Assembly (NCBI GenBank): GCA_964572255.1
Contig: CAZNEE010000002.1
Coordinates: 36,103 to 100,102, forward strand
Direction of reading: 5' to 3'
From: an uncultured Planctomycetia bacterium
Lineage (GTDB): Bacteria; Omnitrophota; Gorgyraeia; Tantalellales; Tantalellaceae
Length of the DNA stretch: 64,000 nt
Shown piece after piece: positions 58,151-64,000 of the stretch (positions are counted from its first letter, which is position 1; the number at the start of each line of letters is the position of its first letter). The notes under the pieces were generated by a model. It made no database searches and had not been told where the DNA came from. It was given only the letters and a program-made list of their open reading frames with translations. The translations under genes and the position numbers were made by a program.

Positions 58151-61100
58151 TTAAAAGATCTGTGCAGTATTTCCTTCCACTTGCACTTCTCCTTTAAATG
58201 CGTCCGGATCGAATTTTTTCTTTTTCCCGGGGCCGAATCCAACTCCCTGAAGCTGGACAATATCGCTCATATCGTCACCCAAAGCAGCTATAGGTACCGG
58301 GAATTCAAGCATAGGAGCGTCAACGATCTTTGCATTCTGACCGCTGTCACTTTCCTGTGTCCAGTTCAGCTGCAGGAACGGTGCCTCGCCCGCGACCGGC
58401 GGTTCTGGAACCACGGGTGTGGGCGGTTCTTCCCCGCATATCCTGCATTCCCTGAGCATTGGAGGCGCGCCCTGGGGCGGCATCCAGATATTCTCAAAAT
58501 CCCAGCATGCAAATGTTGATTGCTGTTTCATTTGGGAATCATCCTTTGCATCGATCCCGCAAAGATCACCGCTATCGGAATCATCCAGCCCTGCATTATG
58601 TGTCGGCGTCTGCAGCCAATAGCAGGAAGAATACGGACCTCCATAGTCATAACCGACAAATCCGCCTGCGGAGCTGCTCGTTATCACTTCTCCCGTTGAA
58701 TAACAATTGGTCGTCGCTGTTCCGCCGCCGTTATACCCGCCGTTCTCATTAAGACCGAACAGTCCTCCTATAGCCCATCCACTTTGAACTGTCACATCCC
58801 CTGTAGCATAGCAATCCGCAACCGGAGTTCTGTCGTTATAACCTACCAATCCGCCAAAATAGGTGCCATCGCAACTGCCGAACACGTCCCCGGTAGCATA
58901 GGACCTGGTTATCTCGGAATTATATGTTTTGCCGACCAGTCCGCCGAATCTGTAAAGACAGCAGCATTCTTCCTCATGCTTTACATCCGCAGTTGAATGA
59001 GAACAATATATCTCAGAATCGTTAAGCCTTCCGACCAGTCCGCCGACGTTATACTCGCCTCTTACGACCCCTCCTGAGGAACATCCCAGGATCCGGCTTT
59101 CTTCCTGTACATCGCCTGCCAAAGCCCCTACATGCGTATCCCCTGTTATATCCGCATTTACAAGATCTACTTTTCCGACCGTAGCATCTACGAGAAGACC
59201 GAAAAGACCGACATTCTCTTCGTACGGCCTGTTTATGTAGAGGTTGCTTATAGTATAGCAGTCGCCGCAGAAAAATCCGGTGAACGGGCCGGTTTCATCG
59301 TCGTCACCCGTATTATCCCCGATGGGCTCAAATCCCAGATAGAACATTTGACCGTTCTGGCCGTTTTGTCCGTTTAGATCAAGGGAAGCTACACAATTAT
59401 AGCCGTACGGATTCCAGGTTTTGGTCGCGCTTGCGTCAATATCATTTGCCAGTTTGAAACTCGCATCAAGCGCGTATTTCATGAACTGTAGTTCATTCAC
59501 GTTGTGTATCAGGAAGTAGCATGCGTCAGGGCCTTCGCACCCTACTCCGCCGTCCGGCAGATGCACCAGCATGTCCTCCCATACAAGATGCGGATAGCTT
59601 CCGACAGTCCAAAGACCCAGAAAATCCCAGCCTTCAAAAGTTGCTTCCTGCTGCATCTCGGTGTTATTTTTCGCTGTGACCCCGGTAAGATCACCGGGAT
59701 CGCCGGAATCCTGCAGGCCTGCATTATGTGCCGGTGTCTGGAGCCAGTAGCATGAAGAATATGGCCCGCCGTAGTTTTCATAACCTACAAAACCTCCGAC
59801 ATTCCAGTTTCCGGTTACCTCTCCGGTAGAATAACATCTCGTTATATTGTAACTGGAAGAGGTATAGCCGTAACCTATAAAACCTCCGACATTATTATCA
59901 CCGTTAACATTTCCCTGTGCGTAACAATCCCGGATAGAAGTTTCATAATTATAGCCGATAAGCCCGCCTATTTCTCCTTGTGTGCAATCTTCATCAACAA
60001 GAGGGAATATTGTGCCTTCACTGCCGCTCTGGGCTGTTTGTCCTGGCGTGTTTATATTTCCTTTTGCATACGATCTGCGTATATCCGAATAACTGGCATG
60101 GCCGACAAGGCCTCCGACATCGTAATCGCCGAAAACCTCCCCGGTCGCACCGGAATGCCTGATATCGGATGAACCGAGAGAACCCACGAGCCCTCCGACG
60201 TACCTATATCCTTTCACCTTGCCCGTCGCATATGAACTCTCGACAGTTGAATCCTCACAATAACCCACTAGGCCCCCGCGATAATCGCGATCGCAATAAT
60301 ATGGATCATATCCTTCATAAACAACATTCGGCAGGACATCGCCCGTTGCGTGACAGCAGGTTATATCGCCGTATTCATTATAACCCACAAGGCCTCCGGC
60401 ATAATCCTGGTCAAAATACACATTCCCAATAGCATAACAATCTATTATAGGCGACGCATAATTATACCCTATAAGGCCTCCGGCATAATTCCCTCCATCC
60501 AACCACCGTGGGCCATACACGTCCCCTGTAGCATAAGAACGGATGATCGTACACATGGCTTCGTAGTTCTGCCCCACAAGGCCGCCTATATATTCTCCTC
60601 CGCGCACTTTGCCTGTTGCGTGGGAATCGGTGATCGTGCCTCCGTAATTATAACCTACCAATCCGCCGACCGCTTGAGCATAATCACCCAGGACCTCACC
60701 GGTAGCATAACAGTTTGTTATCGTTGATGAATTTTCATTACCGCCAACAAGGCCTCCAAGTCCAAATTGATAGTCATAACTCATGCCTTCAACTTTTCCC
60801 GTAGCATGAGAATCTGTGATAGAGGAACTTACATTACGACCCACGAGACCGCCGCCGTATTCTCCATACACTTCAACTGCGCCTGTGGCATAACAATTAA
60901 TGATCGTATCTTCAGCTTCAAAATTTCCTCCTACTAAGCCTCCTACGCAGTCATCGCCTGATACATCGCCCGAGGCATTTGAACCGGTAATTGTGGACCC
61001 TTCGTTATGCCCTATCAATCCTCCGACATAATCACCAGTAGAGCTTACATCTCCCTGAGCAGAACAATTTGTGATCGTGGATCCATCTTCATTATATCCT

Positions 61101-62818
61101 ATGAGTCCTCCAACATAATCAGCATTTCCTTCACCATAATCTCCAATGACCTCGGCATTAGTATGGACATTGGTTATGGGAGTATCTTCATTACGACCCA
61201 CCAAAGCTCCAACATATCTGCCGCCGGTTACATTTCCCTCTAATGTAAGATCTTTTATCCAGGCAGCCTCATCGGTTTGAGCGAATAACCCCACATAATA
61301 GGTAAAGGGCCTGTCGATAGTGAAATTACTTATGGTTTTATTGTTCCCGTCAAAACTTCCTTCAAAATCGCCTCCGATCGGCTCAAATCCCTGGCCGCCG
61401 TTCCAATCCTCTGTCGCAATCGCATCGATGTTATTAGCAAGCTTATAATGCGCATTATCATCGTCATCCACTGCCTGGAGTCCATTTATATCAAAGATCA
61501 AATATGGATCTCCCATGGTCCCTGCGCCCACTTCTCTAACTAACTCGGCATGATAATTTGAGCGGACCGTATCAACGCTGAAAGCTTTTGTGTTGTCTGA
61601 TTCATATTCTATATCAGCAGTATTTGAAGAGTTCAATTCCAAAAGCCCCACATTTGTTATATCCCCGTCAAGCGCTGAATCTTCTCCGGCAAATAATGTT
61701 AGATCAAAACCCCCGCCAGCAAGATCATTGCCCTCCATATCGATAAATCCGTCATTATCTGCATCGCTGTCCGCATTAAGCGTTGTATCGCCCGTCATGT
61801 TTACGTTACCGCCAAGTTCGATATCTTCCACATCATTGTACACACCCGCAATGCTGCCTGCCAGGGTGAGCGCACCATCAAGGTTTTCGAAAAGCGAATC
61901 ACCGACAACGGTCTTTCCGCCAAGCAAACACGATGCGCCTTTCTCAGTCAGAGTTTCAGCTTCCAAAGTCCCAAGGCTTACAACAGCTCCATCAGTATCG
62001 ATATTAACGGTATTTGCTCTTACGAATCCTTCCAAGTTGATAGCTTTAGTAAATATCTCACCGATGCTTTCCGCTTTTAAGATTACAACTCCGCCTTCGG
62101 CATCAATTGTGCCCGTACTTTTTATCTGATCAGTTATCGGGTTGCCTTCATAGTCTTTAATGCCAGAGGCAACTTTTTTATCTATAGCAACAGAGATAAG
62201 ACCACCACCAGAGATATCAAGTTTAACGGCATCACCGGATGCAAGAACTATCTTGCCGATAGGCGCTGTTATTATTCCCTTGTTTTCGATGGCGCCTGCG
62301 ATCAATACACCGAACCCGCCGTCATGGATCTTGATGTCTCCTTCGTTAAGCAATAACTTCTCAGCCTGATCTTCGGTAATCTTCTGAAAAAGATGATTAC
62401 CGCTTAAGAAATCAGAATTGAGTATATCCCGCGTAGACAGAATAAGACCCGCCGCATCGATATTAGCTGCAGGCCCCACATAAATGCCGGAAGGGTTAAC
62501 GAGAATAAATACACCGTTACAACTAAGTCCTCCCATTAACTGACTAGCGGAATCGCCCAACACCCTGTTGAGGATCTCGCTGTCAACGGACGGCAATTTT
62601 ACTACTACCGTTTCATTTTCCATGATGTCAAAAGACGAGTAATTGACAATAGCATTGTCACTCGCCTCGATGACCATGGTCGTCGGATCGGTATACTCGA
62701 TATTCGCCTCTCCGGATACCACCTCCTCGACATTGGGAAGCGGGTAGGTGTTGTACGTACACGTAAATGTAAGCACCAGCACCAGTGAAATCATTTTTGT
62801 TAATTTTGTGATCTTCAT
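58151..62818 (-). CDS. TpsA exoprotein/adhesin with haemagglutinin secretion domain and GLUG repeats
   Basis: Signal peptide; TPS domain (LNRV, NG.F.LVNPSG); many VGGLVG/GGLIG GLUG repeats. Confidence 0.92.
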   Translation of the reverse strand: MKITKLTKMISLVLVLTFTCTYNTYPLPNVEEVVSGEANIEYTDPTTMVIEASDNAIVNYSSFDIMENETVVVKLPSVDSEILNRVLGDSASQLMGGLSCNGVFILVNPSGIYVGPAANIDAAGLILSTRDILNSDFLSGNHLFQKITEDQAEKLLLNEGDIKIHDGGFGVLIAGAIENKGIITAPIGKIVLASGDAVKLDISGGGLISVAIDKKVASGIKDYEGNPITDQIKSTGTIDAEGGVVILKAESIGEIFTKAINLEGFVRANTVNIDTDGAVVSLGTLEAETLTEKGASCLLGGKTVVGDSLFENLDGALTLAGSIAGVYNDVEDIELGGNVNMTGDTTLNADSDADNDGFIDMEGNDLAGGGFDLTLFAGEDSALDGDITNVGLLELNSSNTADIEYESDNTKAFSVDTVRSNYHAELVREVGAGTMGDPYLIFDINGLQAVDDDDNAHYKLANNIDAIATEDWNGGQGFEPIGGDFEGSFDGNNKTISNFTIDRPFTYYVGLFAQTDEAAWIKDLTLEGNVTGGRYVGALVGRNEDTPITNVHTNAEVIGDYGEGNADYVGGLIGYNEDGSTITNCSAQGDVSSTGDYVGGLIGHNEGSTITGSNASGDVSGDDCVGGLVGGNFEAEDTIINCYATGAVEVYGEYGGGLVGRNVSSSITDSHATGKVEGMSYDYQFGLGGLVGGNENSSTITNCYATGEVLGDYAQAVGGLVGYNYGGTITDSHATGKVRGGEYIGGLVGQNYEAMCTIIRSYATGDVYGPRWLDGGNYAGGLIGYNYASPIIDCYAIGNVYFDQDYAGGLVGYNEYGDITCCHATGDVLPNVVYEGYDPYYCDRDYRGGLVGYCEDSTVESSYATGKVKGYRYVGGLVGSLGSSDIRHSGATGEVFGDYDVGGLVGHASYSDIRRSYAKGNINTPGQTAQSGSEGTIFPLVDEDCTQGEIGGLIGYNYETSIRDCYAQGNVNGDNNVGGFIGYGYTSSSYNITRCYSTGEVTGNWNVGGFVGYENYGGPYSSCYWLQTPAHNAGLQDSGDPGDLTGVTAKNNTEMQQEATFEGWDFLGLWTVGSYPHLVWEDMLVHLPDGGVGCEGPDACYFLIHNVNELQFMKYALDASFKLANDIDASATKTWNPYGYNCVASLDLNGQNGQNGQMFYLGFEPIGDNTGDDDETGPFTGFFCGDCYTISNLYINRPYEENVGLFGLLVDATVGKVDLVNADITGDTHVGALAGDVQEESRILGCSSGGVVRGEYNVGGLVGRLNDSEIYCSHSTADVKHEEECCCLYRFGGLVGKTYNSEITRSYATGDVFGSCDGTYFGGLVGYNDRTPVADCYATGDVTVQSGWAIGGLFGLNENGGYNGGGTATTNCYSTGEVITSSSAGGFVGYDYGGPYSSCYWLQTPTHNAGLDDSDSGDLCGIDAKDDSQMKQQSTFACWDFENIWMPPQGAPPMLRECRICGEEPPTPVVPEPPVAGEAPFLQLNWTQESDSGQNAKIVDAPMLEFPVPIAALGDDMSDIVQLQGVGFGPGKKKKFDPDAFKGEVQVEGNTAQIF
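58450..61515 (-). repeat. Two tandem GLUG-containing modules in tpsA
   Basis: Duplicated caps KLAN.IDA.AT..WN...GFEPIG and GGPYSSCYWLQTP.HNAGL.DS...TF..WDF. Confidence 0.85.
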
Positions 62819-62848
62819 CTCTATCCTCCTGTTTAATTAAAAACAAAT

Positions 62849-62884
62849 AAAAAAAACCCATAGCCAAAATGACTATGGGTTTTT
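62849..62884 (-). terminator. Attenuator terminator in the tpsA leader
   Basis: AAAAACCCATAGTC-ATTTT-GGCTATGGGTTTTTTTT upstream of the AGGAGG RBS. Confidence 0.8.
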
Positions 62885-62980
62885 AAACTTAATACCAAAG
62901 TATATTTTTAAAGCTAAAACTATTTAGCTCTTCTAAACATAATAATCTCTGTAATAAAAATAATTGTTTCATTCTCTCAC

Positions 62981-63066
62981 CTTCGGTAACTGACTGCCCT
63001 GGCCCTAATGGCTTTAGGCTCTTTAGTTTTGCGCCCCTTGTTTTCACAAGGTTTGCCTTTATCGAG
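62981..63066 (-). ncRNA. c-di-GMP-I (GEMM-I) riboswitch
   Basis: AAAGGCAAACCTTGT-GAAA-ACAAGGGGCGCAAAA...GCCTAA...GGCAGTCAGTTACCGAA matches the GEMM-I consensus. Confidence 0.9.
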
Positions 63067-63132
63067 CAAGAGCTCGATAAAGCTGCTGAATTATAAAAAA
63101 GCGATTTCTTTCTATCTTTTGTATCTACTAAA

Positions 63133-63160
63133 AGTATATCATATTTTACTTAAATGTAAA
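63133..63160 (-). promoter_or_regulatory. Probable promoter for riboswitch-tpsA
   Basis: TTTACA-16 nt-TATACT with extended TGn. Confidence 0.5.
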
Positions 63161-63519
63161 GATTTGCAACTATTTTTTTATATTTTTCTTAATTTTGTTT
63201 TTTTTAACAATTATCTATAACATCTTCACTTCCGCGAAAAAGAACTATACTTGCAAGCCTTTATAAGCCAAAGGCTTTTGAAAAGAGAGTAGTTAGAACC
63301 CTAACGAAATTTTTAAAAAAAGCTAACTTTTTTTAAAAAAATTTTTTGTTGCGATATTTTTTGACTTTTCCTTTGCATGTCTATTTTTTAAAAATCATTG
63401 ATACATAAATTTAGGTTAAGATATAAAATATCTACATATTTAGCTCTTGAATTCTCTCTCATTTTAGGTTATAATTAGAACATAAAATAGTTAGATACTG
63501 TATTTTTGGGGCGCAAATT

Positions 63520-63996
63520 ATGAAGAAGATAATCACTTTAATAACTATTATTTCCTTATTGTGTACTCCCTGCTTTGCTCAGGGATTAATGGGTATCCCT
63601 GCATCCGTTACGACGCCTACTGAGTTTGTATCGTGGCTGAAGGACGGATTTTATTATCATTTGGAAGCTAATGATGATTGGCAAAGCCCTGAAGAAACTA
63701 TTCGCTTCAAAAGCGGCGACTGCGAGGACTACGCCCTTTTGGCCTCCGCGTTCCTGTCAAATATCGGTTATACGGAAAATTACGTAATCATTGTTAAGTT
63801 CTCAGGATTATACACAAGACATGCCATATGCGTTTTTCGGGAAAAGAACGGCTCTTACAGTTTTATCTCTAACAAGAAAATGTTCCGGACAGGCCAAAAA
63901 AGCGTCAGATCCGCGATCAACAAATATTACCCGGATTGGGAAGAGATCACATTTTCAACTCACAGCAAGAAATACTTCAAGACAATCCATCGTTAA
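63520..63996 (+). CDS. Secreted transglutaminase-like cysteine peptidase (BTLCP/LapG-like)
   Basis: Signal peptide; DDWQSPEET...GDCEDYA; downstream HA. Confidence 0.75.
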   Translation: MKKIITLITIISLLCTPCFAQGLMGIPASVTTPTEFVSWLKDGFYYHLEANDDWQSPEETIRFKSGDCEDYALLASAFLSNIGYTENYVIIVKFSGLYTRHAICVFREKNGSYSFISNKKMFRTGQKSVRSAINKYYPDWEEITFSTHSKKYFKTIHR

Positions 63997-64000
63997 TTTT

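Noticed and set aside
58450-61515. CRISPR array or DGR template/variable repeat within tpsA
   Set aside because: Repeats are in-frame degenerate protein repeats; no spacers, cas genes or reverse transcriptase in the window
552-62369. Numerous plus-strand and nested ORFs of 60-190 aa in the ORF track
   Set aside because: Antisense or out-of-frame shadows of well-supported genes, without recognisable motifs
58151-62818. CDI toxin (CdiA)
   Set aside because: No VENN/PT motif, no recognisable toxin tip and no small immunity ORF downstream
63008-63220. 70-aa plus-strand ORF
   Set aside because: Overlaps the riboswitch and the AT-rich promoter region; low-complexity translation

Overview
Chromosomal window of an anaerobic-type diderm bacterium, with almost all genes on the minus strand. 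The gene repertoire and a very large secreted orphan protein suggest Ca. Omnitrophota or a PVC-related lineage (inference only). Contents, left to right: asparaginase/NTPase/PlsC/SlyD/PurF-like operon; ion-transport and RND efflux cluster; a 1681-aa secreted repeat protein; orphan PAS kinase operon; DUF362/polyferredoxin pair; a TPP-riboswitch-led thiESGHF operon followed by permease-nifU-nifS; a REC-GGDDF-MshEN-like protein; a purine operon. The most notable region is the right end (51.7-64 kb): a two-partner secretion adhesin (TpsA) under a c-di-GMP-I riboswitch, its TpsB pore, a four-gene cassette between them headed by a plant-like UDP-apiose/xylose synthase (plus GT2, SDR and GT-C-type membrane glycosyltransferase), and a divergent LapG-like cysteine protease. 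No tRNA, rRNA, CRISPR array or transposase was recognised. All calls come from reading the sequence; no database searches were run.
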